DNA from: Naegleria gruberi
Taxonomy: Eukaryota
Length of the DNA stretch: 64,000 nucleotides
Strand: one strand, 5' to 3'
Assembly (NCBI GenBank): GCA_000004985.1
Contig: GG738903.1
The notes beneath the pieces are model-generated. The model was not told where the DNA came from. It saw nothing but the letters and a program-made list of their open reading frames with translations, and made no database searches. Position 1 is the stretch's first letter. Each line of letters begins with the position of its first letter. Positions 45,701 to 55,583 of the stretch are shown in pieces. Position numbers and translations under genes: made by a program.

Positions 45701-47882
45701 CTCCTAATGCATCACAACTGATTGCTGAACAATTTGCATTACCTTTCCATCCACTATCACAAGTGCATGTATTTGCGCCTGTACACGTACCATGTCCAGA
45801 ACAGTAATTTCTTTGATCACAAGTGAAAACTGAACAATCGACAGCACCTCTCCAACCTGTTTTACAACTGCAAGTGTTATTCGAAACACAAGTACCCTTA
45901 CTGGCACCTCCACAATTACTTAAGGCATCACAACTAATTGCTGAGCAATTTGCATTTCCTTTCCATCCACTTTCACAAGTGCATGTATTAGCACCTGTAC
46001 ACGTACCATGTCCTGAACAATAATTAGTTCCGTCACAAGTGAATTCAGAGCAGTTACTAGCTCCTCTCCATCCTGAATTACAGGTGCAGGTATTTGGACC
46101 GCTGCATATTCCGTGTCCATAACAACCTCCAACTAGCTCACAACTCACTGAATTACAACTTGTGTCTCCCTTCCAACCATCATTACATGAACAAGTATTT
46201 GCACCAACACATTCACCATGCCCAGAACAATAATTGCGCGAATCACACGAGAATATTGAGCAATTACTAGCTCCTCTCCATCCTGAATTACAGGTGCAGG
46301 TATTTGGGCTGCTGCATATTCCATGTCCATAACAACCTCCAACTAGCTCACAACTCACTGAATTACAACTTGTATCTCCCTTCCAACCAGCATAACAAGA
46401 ACAATTATTGGGTCCAATACAGTCACCATGAGATGAACAATAATTGCGCGAATCACACGAGAATATTGAGCAATTGGCAGCTCCTCTCCAGCCAGTAACA
46501 CAAGAGCATGTATTAGCAGAAGTACATGTTCCATGGTTTGAACAAACATTTGCTGTATCAGTTGCATTGTAAGAGTAACAAATTGGAATGTTGCACGAAA
46601 TTCCAGTCCAATCAGTATTACATGAACAATATGTTTCTGAAGCACAAGAACCATGTCTTCTCCAACATTGTAGAGATGGCGAACACAATTCATAGGAACA
46701 ATCAAGTCCTGTATAGTTGGTGGCAGTACAGTTACAACTGTTCGGAGCAATGCAATCTCCCTTATTGTAACAAACATTTGGTGATGGATAATAGTAACCG
46801 TAGCAAATATTGTATTGGCATTCAGAACCAGTATAACCAGTATTGCAGGAACAAGTATTCGGTGAAGTACAGGTACCTCTCACAGATCCAGAGCAAGCAT
46901 TTGCTGTATTATTGGAAGGTATTCCATAGCAAATTGGATATTGACATTTTGGCCCAGTGTATGTCGAATTACATTGACATGTGTCAGTATCAATACAGTT
47001 ACCATGCCCTGAACAAATAACTGATGAGATATTTTTAAAGGTACTCACTCCAAAACATATTGGAATTTCACAATTATTTCCTGTGTAACCTTGTGGACAT
47101 TGACATTGATTAGTAAAAACACAAGTTCCTCTTCCTGAACAAACAGTAGTATCATTTTGTAAAATTCCATTACAAATAGTAACATTACAATCATTTCCAA
47201 ACCAATTGGCTTTACAATTACAAGTATCCAAATCAGTACAATTACCATGTGAATTACAGACATTTGAGGCATTCTGAACTATTCCAAAGCATGAAGGAGT
47301 GCCACATTGAGTACCACTCCATCCATCATCACATTTACACACATTGGTATCGATACAATCTCCATTTCCTTTACAAACAGAATTTGTTTCATTCTGTAAT
47401 ATTCCAAAACAGGAGGTAACATTACAATCAATTCCATACCAATTTGATGAGCATGAACAAGTATCAGTACCAGAACAAGTTCCATGCCCATTACATACAG
47501 CACTTGTTTCATTCTGTAATATTCCAAAACAGGAGGTGATTTGACATTGAGTGCCATACCAATCTGGATCACATTCACAATTATCTTGTTCGGTACAGTT
47601 TCCTCTTCCGTTACAAACTTGGGTTGTGTTTGACAATTTTCCAAAGCAATAGATGAGTGTATTGTTGTTGGATTCTTGTGCTTGTGTGAAAAGGAAACTC
47701 TCTTTAGTTTCGAATATTTGTTGTTGGTCTTGATGGAATAAAAACATCATGATGAAACAAGTTGACAAAATTGATGCATATAAAATTATATTCATCAGAA
47801 AGGAATGATTACCCGGAGAAGATTGTTTCCTCCTTGTCATTCCAATACGAGAAAACCCATTATTATTATTGCTTCTCATCAT
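39750..47882 (-). CDS. Giant EGF-repeat / REJ-module / GPS-motif 7TM receptor with C-terminal RGS domain
   Basis: Single 2710-codon exon with N-terminal signal anchor. About 1100 residues of tenascin-type EGF repeats (CNGHGTC...C.C..GW.G..C). REJ-like signature IIPPASAPKNTTKLVTIMPTQGMALIENFVFTVQEWSAADSLKPLTYALGVYD. Ser/Thr-rich stalk. GPS motif CRYWNETENAWLGNGCYVSSFVNGDVVCKCDHTTRFGTF. Seven hydrophobic helices. Cytoplasmic RGS signature FEEFCKKEWSLENLYMYVDIKLF...EVNIPS. Confidence 0.8.
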   Translation of the reverse strand: MMRSNNNNGFSRIGMTRRKQSSPGNHSFLMNIILYASILSTCFIMMFLFHQDQQQIFETKESFLFTQAQESNNNTLIYCFGKLSNTTQVCNGRGNCTEQDNCECDPDWYGTQCQITSCFGILQNETSAVCNGHGTCSGTDTCSCSSNWYGIDCNVTSCFGILQNETNSVCKGNGDCIDTNVCKCDDGWSGTQCGTPSCFGIVQNASNVCNSHGNCTDLDTCNCKANWFGNDCNVTICNGILQNDTTVCSGRGTCVFTNQCQCPQGYTGNNCEIPICFGVSTFKNISSVICSGHGNCIDTDTCQCNSTYTGPKCQYPICYGIPSNNTANACSGSVRGTCTSPNTCSCNTGYTGSECQYNICYGYYYPSPNVCYNKGDCIAPNSCNCTATNYTGLDCSYELCSPSLQCWRRHGSCASETYCSCNTDWTGISCNIPICYSYNATDTANVCSNHGTCTSANTCSCVTGWRGAANCSIFSCDSRNYCSSHGDCIGPNNCSCYAGWKGDTSCNSVSCELVGGCYGHGICSSPNTCTCNSGWRGASNCSIFSCDSRNYCSGHGECVGANTCSCNDGWKGDTSCNSVSCELVGGCYGHGICSGPNTCTCNSGWRGASNCSEFTCDGTNYCSGHGTCTGANTCTCESGWKGNANCSAISCDALSNCGGASKGTCVSNNTCSCKTGWRGAVDCSVFTCDQRNYCSGHGTCTGANTCTCDSGWKGNANCSAISCDALGACNGHGTCISNNTCNCNSGWTEANCNTFTCKDRDFCSGHGTCTGANTCNCVSGWKGNSNCSAITCDGVNSCSQNGQCIGNNTCECRSGWTGASCNVFTCDASSNCNSNGLCISNNTCQCYSGWKGNAECSQFSCDGVSGCSQNGVCIGNNTCQCRSGWSGPKCDIFTCDGVLNCYDHGLCISNNTCQCQSGWKGSSNCSVISCDGVNSCSQNGQCIGNNTCQCRSGWTGSNCNTFTCDASDNCHGNGLCISNNTCQCNTGWKGNAECSAYSCDGVAYCSSQGNCTGANLCNCTSQYTGSRCDIPVCYSLSALDPNVCSNNGSCVAPDTCQCLSGFSSGGQCNKPICYNRTFDDPTQCNAKGICTSPDVCYCTDYNYYGKNCTDYNCYGLNYLNNTVCSGFGKCILPNNCSCNLGYSGNNCQYVSCFGNNTSQDSKFICSGKGSCISPDKCSCVTGYTGDKCQYPICYGINSTMPSVCSGFGQCIDTDLCSCGYGYGGSNCEIFKCENILANSSNVCNQRGSCIGVDFCNCTSTYSGNNCQFSTCFGKNSTDPQVCNGKGQCNSENTCSCQVQGYFGEECTLYQCYSLYFNDTLNVCSGHGQCKSPNNCECTNGFTGENCQTPICFGVNATSLDVCSQNGICNSPNTCECSYPWFGKNCNITQSPITVSLKIGGYTVESYSVYNNISSLSLHAVLGEILPQPYLLENVIYNWTCTNCQGNNGSDYLSNITQSIALFNVYVLPTGTFNLELSAMAVTSEDGVFFYRQSNTFSFNITIIQVPESYSVSVVGVKEAYTTNTLPTSLDIVVPTVSLNQSALVRFLGCNNGGCAAKKVEYSLVVRFNQTLNMLDISGNVTIVPNSALDGFTCSPYLSYSVSNFKSQITNLTQNTAEESILEIILEFRNQDSNSSFSITSTYPIIPPASAPKNTTKLVTIMPTQGMALIENFVFTVQEWSAADSLKPLTYALGVYDSTQQKPVRITSYTTNSTFSSILPYLTQTKKSRSTNDETVTVILFVADKYGNEEWTYSSTVTVSPYNGTVSELLNLLSSASSSEQSVLYSYDTSISTRSISTNESQAVLNQLIDNVQFDIKNPQSALDSFLTITSDPSKMSSEMVDKVNTKLANFVSNVTAQYLEEKALYSFVKTKILDSTVTFSTLKLVSNLLETGLNSEKVESTAESTADTALIGEIPTLVTTGSVPTLSFATDMVNITISAFSLDKSTPTTTNQTLSTGINQVSLDMNSIFQQISNETTGSFGLSFIAYSINSKVDSFSKKSYILAPLTEFTLSMSDSQVELRNLKNPIALTFSLDKTSLSTLTSNKNITNTTMECRYWNETENAWLGNGCYVSSFVNGDVVCKCDHTTRFGTFLQFNLTSAVNSSYKLQVASYYIAEIVFGGIYGIVAVIVLVLLTIFKNKQPIKSRLVAPYLGMIALLTECVLISIIRNSILVNELLSNTLKSAAYETDVTNVVNWFGGIASIIVNTLNLTAILAFLLQVVRYLFMKHLYNLMNVMRNKEGNLLANYAKKITTFKRLTSNPIYYAILCLFAVANILYWTLWFVLKYTGVIGANDYTTIVSVSYCVVILTFALIVALIFVADMILTYKFDDDSKESSISARLTNQGATTEGKGQKKLETKPISADTSSGKGKETIQISTVLHTVWKWFVRRDTPLFYRLEMIFFVAFFIFLIVSQALGLASIDGKFSSSDTKQFTIGLVFDSARFAIETVYIVFYILAFGGFVSLVSLYNFYKKITTEKPNDNKKEEAVELENEELSQVMSDSEGIILFEEFCKKEWSLENLYMYVDIKLFMDTLENKMDDSEEFLKHLYSYCVSTYEVYIKLGATMEVNIPSHSRNSFLLLFKMVVEQGKDKPFVDKVYESILYGELNTKKTKSIPMQSMNAQPIKLDFSQSSVKLVDEQKKAEANNTENKVMWVGYQRMINGCADSLYQQIVMNLSDTFSRFIFTDEYKSFAIVNELKQRMKANARFEL
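45550..46520 (-). repeat. Near-identical tandem EGF-pair coding repeats (about 216-bp units)
   Basis: Protein units SCDSRNYCSSHGDCIGPNNCSC..GWKGDTSCNSVSCELVGGCYGHGICSSPNTCTCNSGWRGASNCS recur with few substitutions. Antisense mini-ORFs 45704-45913, 45920-46132 and 46145-46342 are near-copies of one another. Coordinates are approximate. Confidence 0.6.
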
Positions 47883-48187
47883 TGTTGATACGAAAAGTGA
47901 AGATGATGAAATAACTTCTGTTAAGAAGTGAAGGGTTTTTTTTTGTTAGGTGATGTTCGGTATTTCTTGACTAAAGCAACATGTCAATCTGTCCAACGTT
48001 GGCTTTGTTAGTGTGAAAAAATTAGAATGGAAAGTAATCCGCCCTTGACTAGTGACAAAAACACTAATAGATTAGGTTTTAGTCTGCAATTAGAATGTAA
48101 GCCGTAAATTGTCACTTATCTCAATCGATTATAAACTCAATGATTTAAGGTGTGTACAAAATATATTGAGACAATATCATTTTAATA

Positions 48188-50695
48188 CTAAAAAATGTGA
48201 TCATCAGAATCATCATCATCGTCATCATCTTCATCATAGTAATTACCATATATATAACCCATATCAAGATCATCAGAATCATCAGAGTTATAATCCTCAT
48301 CAGATGTGTCTTCTTCCATGCTGTCTGTGTTAACCTGTACTTCTAATTGCTGTGTAATCCTTTTCAAAAGGGATGTCACATACAGGCTTCTCGACTCATT
48401 GAATGAAATGCAATCTGTTATAGCATCAAAAATGTCATCAACATTCAAATGTTTTGGTCTTACATCTAGATTGTGCTCTAAAATATTTAAAAAATTTGTT
48501 AAAACAAGCTCAGATAATACATCGGTATCATTTTCATAGAGGAATCCACAGGGACAGCCAAACTGGCCCATGCCAGTGGAAATCTTTCCAAAATCTCCAA
48601 AATGAGCAACTGAATAGATGAATCTTTGATTCTCTATTTCATGTATTTGAGGACATTCTAATTTTTCATTAATAAGTCTGTCAATTTCTGATTGAGGAAG
48701 TATCGCGACACCTGTTGAAAGAAAATAATTGTTCAAAATACGTCCCAACGTGATATGAGCGTCTTTAGATTTGGATTTGGCAAGAGATTTAACAATAACT
48801 TCTTCATTTCCTATTTCAGGATGAATACGAACACCCTTAAAAAATTTGACATCAAAAAAGAAGCTCACTACAATTGGTGATAACTCTCTATCATTCTCAA
48901 CTAAAAAACCCAACATTTCTGGAATTTGAAAATGCTTTGATATTTCATTCAATCGATCCTCGCATTCTTTTGTTTCAGGTAGATTGTTTCTATGGACAAT
49001 ATTTCCTAAATTTTTGAAAACCAACTTAGTAAGCTCTGTGTTCAACAAGGACTCAACCAATTTTTGAACAATATCCACTACTTCCAAAGATTTAGAATCT
49101 ATTGCTCCACGAACAATCTCATCAAGTGGACGTACAAGTGTCTCACTAAAAACAGAGGGCAGAGCAGGTATGTTCAGCAAGGCCTGAATACTGTCGGCAA
49201 CCTGTAAAAAATAGTCCTGCTCTTTCATACATTCAGCTACTTTTTGAATAACCTCGAGAGCTTTTTCTGAAAAAATACTTTCTGTACAACAATACTTAAA
49301 TGCTGCTGTGAATATTTTCAGATAATTAACTTTTGGTATTGGATTGAGAGAAAAGGCTTTCAAAATCTTGTGCATTATCTGAGAGTCGTATGCATAATCA
49401 AATGTCAAGTGTTTGGCACCACAATTATATGCCTCCTCTCTTACTATTAAAGATTCCCTTTCTAGCAATGGCAATATAGCTTGAACAACATTCTTACATC
49501 TAGAAAAATTTCTGTTGAAAACATGTTAGCAAGAAATAATATGATCCACTACTAACCTTTGATTATTACTCGGTGATGAAAGAGCTCTCAAACAATCTAT
49601 TACTAATTCTTCATCAGAATATTTCAATAGTCTCGTTAAGAAGCTTGAAATGCTTTCAACAATATTATTATCACCTCTTTGATCAATTATTTCCATTATA
49701 GAAATTATCTTTCTAACTCTCTTGTACTTTTCCTCTTTTGGAAATATTTTGATGCTTTCTTTTTCTATAACATTGATATCATATGAAACTTCCTGATAGA
49801 GAGTAAAGAAGGGATGTAAATCTTTGGCTGATTTATAAGCCTCACGAATTGAAGGTATTTTTGGATTGTCTATATGTTGATAAGCAGTCTTTCCTAATCT
49901 TGTTATACACATTGATCTTTGATCCTCATCTTTTGACTTGTAAATTAAATCTAATAATATGCAATCCATGTCATTCATATCAATATAACTACCTTCCCAG
50001 TTAGATGCATTATAATAGGTAACTATTAGAGACTTGAAATGTTTTAAGAAATATTTGACCTGTAAACTTGGTACACCTGCTTCTGCAATCTTGATGGTTG
50101 CCACAAAGAGTGAAATCTTCCAATCAGGTATTTTCATTGATTGTGTGGTATAAAGTGTTATTGGCTGTTCAGTCTGACCTATTGCCACATTCAAGAAATT
50201 TAACATGTTTGTTCCGAATGTAGAATCCAAACAATAGATATGCTTTAAAAATCCTCTTGCTGTGTTCTGGTTATTTTCTTCAAATAGGAAAGCATTCGGA
50301 AGTGCCTCGGCAGCCATCATACATATTTTGTAATTTACAATCATTTCATCATCGCTTGATTCAATTTTAAAAGTATCATCTTCAGTACAGCCAAAACTCC
50401 ACTCCTTTCCATTTGATACTGTTTTATACATTTCAATTAAATTTTGTACAAGTGTTTTACATGGCTCCTTTCGGTAAGAGGCTTGATTTATCACTCTATT
50501 TCTCATCTCCTTTAAATGTTGTAATAATTCCTCTGATGTATATGTTGGCCAAGCCTCTGCCTTTTGATTTATATCCTGTTGAGTTTCATCAGAGTAATAA
50601 TCAGAGTCATCATCACTCGAAGAATAATCCCGTCCATGCATATGATAACCAAACGAATGACCAAATCTTCGCACCAATCCCATATGATTGAACAT
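48188..50695 (-). CDS. Large hypothetical protein (about 815 aa) with acidic termini; two track ORFs joined by a short intron or an in-frame TAA
   Basis: ORFs 49526-50695 and 48188-49474 are in the same frame and separated only by TAA. A minus-strand GTTAGT donor at 49556 with acceptors CAACAG (49512) or TTCTAG (49500) removes the stop while keeping frame (45 or 57 nt). No domain recognised. Asp-rich C-terminus DEDDDDDDDSDD. Confidence 0.5.
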
Positions 50696-51635
50696 GTTGT
50701 ATTTTCTTTTGTTTGATTTTTTTCAAATTTTAAAAAAAAAATTAAGCGCGAAAATATTGTTATTATATTAACAAAATATTATGTACTGTCTCGGAAGTGA
50801 ATTGATCGTTGTCGGAATGGTTTTTCATCGGGAAGGTCTAGGAAGTGGATAGTATTTGCTCAACAACACTTGAATGGTAGTGGTAATGGAAATCTTAAAG
50901 ATTTGGGTCAACATCATGGAATTGGAAATTATTTTCTTGTTGGGAAAATAAAGGCAACACCATCATCATGAGTTCTTCATCAAATTATTAAAAATTATTA
51001 ATTATGATGAATATCAAACAGCTGTTTTCAATTATGAATTGATGGCAATCTACACTTTGAAACAAAATCCGTTAATTTAGTACTAATTTAACCTGTTCCG
51101 AGTATTAAAACAGCACAACTGCTTCATTGAATTGAACACTTACAACATGTTCAATTTCTTTGACGTCAAAGCTTAGCTCCTCACAAATTTGAACATCAAC
51201 AACAATTCGGAATTTGGAATAAATTGAAGTTCAGTCAATTAACCAGCGATATATTTCATTAATCATAGCTTAACATTTTCAACAGAGAGACTGCTGACAT
51301 CTTGGCCAACAAGATTATCTCTCGGCAAAATCAATACCATGTGTTGATGTTGAACAGTGTCATCTCCAACAACATAATGTCACAATCAACTACCGTAGTT
51401 TAGATTAGTCTAGAACTTGAATAATCATTGGAAACTACTTCCAATTTGTTAGAATTTAGGTTTCAATTGTCCTTTCATCACTTGGTTTCTAAGGTAAAGA
51501 ATTGTGCACAGTATCACTTTTCAAGTCAAATAAATAAACTTGTTCCTTCTTTCGTCCAGAATCGCCATTTTAAATTGTAAAATCACAAGCTTTGACGTCT
51601 TTCACACACTTTAAAAAATTAAAACAACGTAAGCT

Positions 51636-53213
51636 ATGAAATTCAAGAGGAATAAAACGTTAGACGAAACCGTTGTGTCTCCTTCCTCGTCAACACCAAC
51701 CAATACATCATCTTCTTCTACATCCTCTTCAAAGAAAAGACCTAGCAGTGTGAATAGTGACTTTGATGTTTCGAATTATGCCATTGTTTTTGAAGAAATG
51801 ATGGATTCGAAAGAAACTCGTGATTTATTCTATGAATATTTGCAGCTTAATCGTTCGGTGGAATCTCTCATGTTCATGAATCAAGTTGAAGAATATCGTG
51901 CGGAATATAACAAGAAATTCGAGAATGTTATTTGTGGTGAAAATGTTGATAAAAAGCAAGTTCATACCAAGATTGTGGAAATCTATTCGAAAGCAAGGGG
52001 TATTCTTGATCAGTTTGTGTTTCAAGGAGGTCAATTCGAGTTGAATTTGGCCTTTGCTAACAAGGATAAGATTCGAGAACTTTGGGAAACAAAAGTTTGT
52101 GAAAGTTTTGAAAAATTGGACAAGGAAAGATTGGAGGTTGAGAAACTTTCGAAAATCATTTCCATGTTGGAAACTGATACATTGTTTGGACTTGCAATGT
52201 TTAGTGTGAATTTGGATTTGAGGTTTGATCAATTTCCAAGATTTTCCAGATCTGAAATGTTAATGAAATTCCTCGAGTCGAAAGGAGAACGATTCACCAG
52301 AGCCATTGCAACAGATATTTCTAAAGGTTTCCAATTAGATATTCGATTCAAACCTCATCATTTACAAGATTCAACCATTGATGACAAGTTTATTTACTTT
52401 GGTTTCACCCTCGCTGAGGACACACCTGATTGGGAATTGACCTATTCAGATAAGAAGAATACCTGTGAATTGTACCAATCCAAAACTTCCTATGTATTCG
52501 ATACTGAAACATTGAAAGGTTTGAGATTGAGTAAGGTTGTCACTCGTGTACCATATCCAATTGAAGAAGTCTGGGCATGCTTCTGGAATATAGATCTCCA
52601 TAAGGTGATAGATCCTATGGGAGGTGCAGAAACTTTCAAATTAATGGATTACATTTCACCTGTATCTGAAGCTGAAGGAAAACCAAATTATTCGAATCAA
52701 CAAGTTTCATGTTGTACGAAATTCCCAATTCCATTCATGAAGAAGAGAGATTTACCAATCACCATGACAGCAATCAGAGATCCAGAACTTAACATGATCA
52801 TGGTTGCAGGACACACTTGTTCACTAATCGAAACTAGAGAAGATTGCATCCCAGCTCAACTCATGTTTTACTACATGTTCTATAAGGTCAGTGATAATGA
52901 AACTCGTTTCATTCACACTGTGTATACTGATTTGAAGTTGCCTCTAAATCCTTCCTTAATGCTCAAAGTAATCATGTTGAAGAGAGCTAAGGATTATAAG
53001 AAAGGTTTCGAGCAACAAATTACTCGCCTTCGTAAGGAAAAAAGTACAAAGGATGGTCTGATGGATACTTCCCAATTTGTGGATGCTATGAAATATAATT
53101 TGGCCATTGAGGAGAATACTAAATTATATCCTAATAGATCGTGGTATAATGAATGGCTTCAGTTGAGAGAGAAACGACTCAGCTTGAACATGTCAGATGC
53201 AAAATCAAATTAA
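51636..53213 (+). CDS. RGS-domain protein with C-terminal START/SRPBCC-like domain
   Basis: 525 codons. RGS signature FYEYLQLNRSVESLMFMNQVEEYR...EIYSKARGILDQF. The C-terminal ~220 residues have START-like spacing (WELTYSDKKNTCELYQS...PYPIEEVWACFWNIDLHKVIDP...DLPITMTAIRD). The START call is tentative. Confidence 0.65.
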   Translation: MKFKRNKTLDETVVSPSSSTPTNTSSSSTSSSKKRPSSVNSDFDVSNYAIVFEEMMDSKETRDLFYEYLQLNRSVESLMFMNQVEEYRAEYNKKFENVICGENVDKKQVHTKIVEIYSKARGILDQFVFQGGQFELNLAFANKDKIRELWETKVCESFEKLDKERLEVEKLSKIISMLETDTLFGLAMFSVNLDLRFDQFPRFSRSEMLMKFLESKGERFTRAIATDISKGFQLDIRFKPHHLQDSTIDDKFIYFGFTLAEDTPDWELTYSDKKNTCELYQSKTSYVFDTETLKGLRLSKVVTRVPYPIEEVWACFWNIDLHKVIDPMGGAETFKLMDYISPVSEAEGKPNYSNQQVSCCTKFPIPFMKKRDLPITMTAIRDPELNMIMVAGHTCSLIETREDCIPAQLMFYYMFYKVSDNETRFIHTVYTDLKLPLNPSLMLKVIMLKRAKDYKKGFEQQITRLRKEKSTKDGLMDTSQFVDAMKYNLAIEENTKLYPNRSWYNEWLQLREKRLSLNMSDAKSN

Positions 53214-53394
53214 CTTCAAATAAATGTTGTGTTGACTGTACAAATTATAGAAGAAGTATCAAAAATCCTTGCGTAAAATTATTTCAACTCCTGCTCCCGC
53301 AGATTCTCCGTTGTAACAAATTTTACTCCGCAAACACAGTGTGCATAAATCAGGCGCAAGCATTGAACATCTCTCGATAACACTCAACAAAAAA

Positions 53395-54165
53395 ATGCAA
53401 ACACTCCACCTTGCCATCATTGCTGTCTTGTTAATGACCTTGGCCGTCATCTCTCATGGCCAAAACTCCAAGATTAACATAAAGACTCCAAAGTATACTT
53501 GCTGTATGCCTCGTGCTCACACTGTCCACGCCAAAGTCACTAGAATGGGACTTTCCAACTGTAATCCATCAAATGGTGATTGTCACTTTGATGGAATGAA
53601 GATTATTCGTGAAAAACACATGCCAGATTTCTTCCATCGTCGTTATCGTTTAGATTTACAAATTGAAGTGAATGGAAAGGTGGTGAGTGATGAAACTACA
53701 TTAGGTTTCATGGATACTTATCCATCTAACTTTGGTGTGGAATATGTTTTTAACAAAACTACTTGTTCCTGTAAACAATTGACTAGACAAGCTGCTTACT
53801 TGATGGTTTCATGTGTTGATGCTGATTATCAATTGGAAGGACATGTTGATATCGGAATTAAGAGTGAAGATCATATTAAATCCCAGAAATTCGTTCGTAC
53901 AAAGCAATTGCACTCCAATACTACACAAATTGATGTGATGGTCGTTCAACCAGTTCAAACTAAACCCCAACCACTTCCATATCCAGATCCATATCCATCA
54001 GATTATAATTGTGCTATTGTTTATTCCGATACTAGAATTGAAAGTAGAGACACCAAAGGTCAATTGAATAATTTGGAAACTATTTCAAGTGAATGTTGGG
54101 ACTTTTTGCCTTTTAACACTGATAGTGATTATGTGCTTCCATCTTATTGTCCAAAATGTCATTAA
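53395..54165 (+). CDS. Secreted cysteine-containing protein, unknown family
   Basis: AAAAATG start. Signal peptide MQTLHLAIIAVLLMTLAVISHG. About 10 Cys including a CC pair and a C-terminal CPKC. No confident family assignment. Confidence 0.55.
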   Translation: MQTLHLAIIAVLLMTLAVISHGQNSKINIKTPKYTCCMPRAHTVHAKVTRMGLSNCNPSNGDCHFDGMKIIREKHMPDFFHRRYRLDLQIEVNGKVVSDETTLGFMDTYPSNFGVEYVFNKTTCSCKQLTRQAAYLMVSCVDADYQLEGHVDIGIKSEDHIKSQKFVRTKQLHSNTTQIDVMVVQPVQTKPQPLPYPDPYPSDYNCAIVYSDTRIESRDTKGQLNNLETISSECWDFLPFNTDSDYVLPSYCPKCH

Positions 54166-55583
54166 ATTCTTTTAATCCTTGTAGTATGTTAATATTCAAC
54201 ACGTGTTGAAAATGTTGTTGTTTTATTGTTAAAACAATGTTTTCATTCATCTGATAATAAATATGATGTTTATTATCTATTTAAATAGTAGTACTAAAAG
54301 ACGATTCAAGTTGGTGAAGTACATGTTGAGTTATGGTCCATGTACTTTTTCAAAATTCACATGTACCAATCCCTATCAAACTTGACCAAAATTGATAAGA
54401 GAAAGCTCTCTTACCTACTATTGACCATTCCGAACAATACTACATTGACAGTTTTCCAAGTTGTCCAGTAGATCCAGCAGTGATGATGAATTTAGTGAAA
54501 ATTTTGACATTTCACCAAAATTACATTACTAAAAATTAAATTTCCACAAATACTATTATTATATTGATAATGAAACAATAGTATTGATGATGGTTGGTGA
54601 ATGATCGGATAATGGCACCAGGTTGTGATTTTCCATCATGATGAAAAATAAATTCCAATTTCATAATGATAATAAAAATTACTATTATTACTATTCAGAT
54701 GTTGAGATGGTGATGTGAAAGTTTGATAGCTTCAAGATGTGAAACCACTCCTAAAATCAGCATTACCACAAATTACATTTGTTGATTTTAAAAATATTTT
54801 TTATAAATATTTTTAATGCATTTACCACCAAAAACCGTTGCGTTTTCAAAATCAAGAAAAAAACAACAATGCATTAAATAGACTTTCATCATTATTAATT
54901 TTGATAAAATAAATAGACTTCACCAGATGGCGGCTTCGTCTATTGTATCCAATTCAATCATCGTCATCAAGAGAGAGTTCAACTTTAACAAGCAGCGTCT
55001 AGGCATGAAAATACACTCATCAACATTCAGAGATTACCAGTTGCATCTCTTCATCACAATATTTAATTTAAATAATGTATAGAATATTGTGGCCGTGTTC
55101 ATCTAATTGGTGATATCTACAATCTCTTCCCATCACGATTATTCTTCGTACGCTACATTTTCAACGAATATTGCTGTTGAAACCATCGAGGAATCAACAA
55201 TTAAGAGCAATTGGTATCAAAAGAAGTTTAATCACTATCTGTTAACCAATTTATCATTCAATCTAATTATCGACTGAAGTGTATTGGAGACGAGATGCAT
55301 TACTATGAACATTAAAATTCCAGAATGGTTCTCTAAATTCCAAAACAAATATCCTTGGATAATATTGTATCAGCAATTTCTCTTACAGTTTTGTATTGCA
55401 TTCCATAAATGGAAGATTCGCGAGTAGTTTAGTTCATGTTAGTAGTATCCTAATGTCATCTATCACCATCAAGTAAGCAATAGTTTACAACATACAAAAC
55501 TTTATTCGATACTCGAGATACAAAATTCACAAACAAGTTAAAAAGGTCACTTTGGATGCTATTACTACAATTCAAACAAAAAA

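Noticed and set aside
42031-47544. Many plus-strand ORFs (60 to 180 aa) inside the 39750-47882 gene
   Set aside because: They are antisense to a continuous 2710-codon ORF with clear domain content. They arise from repetitive TGT/TGC-rich EGF coding sequence.
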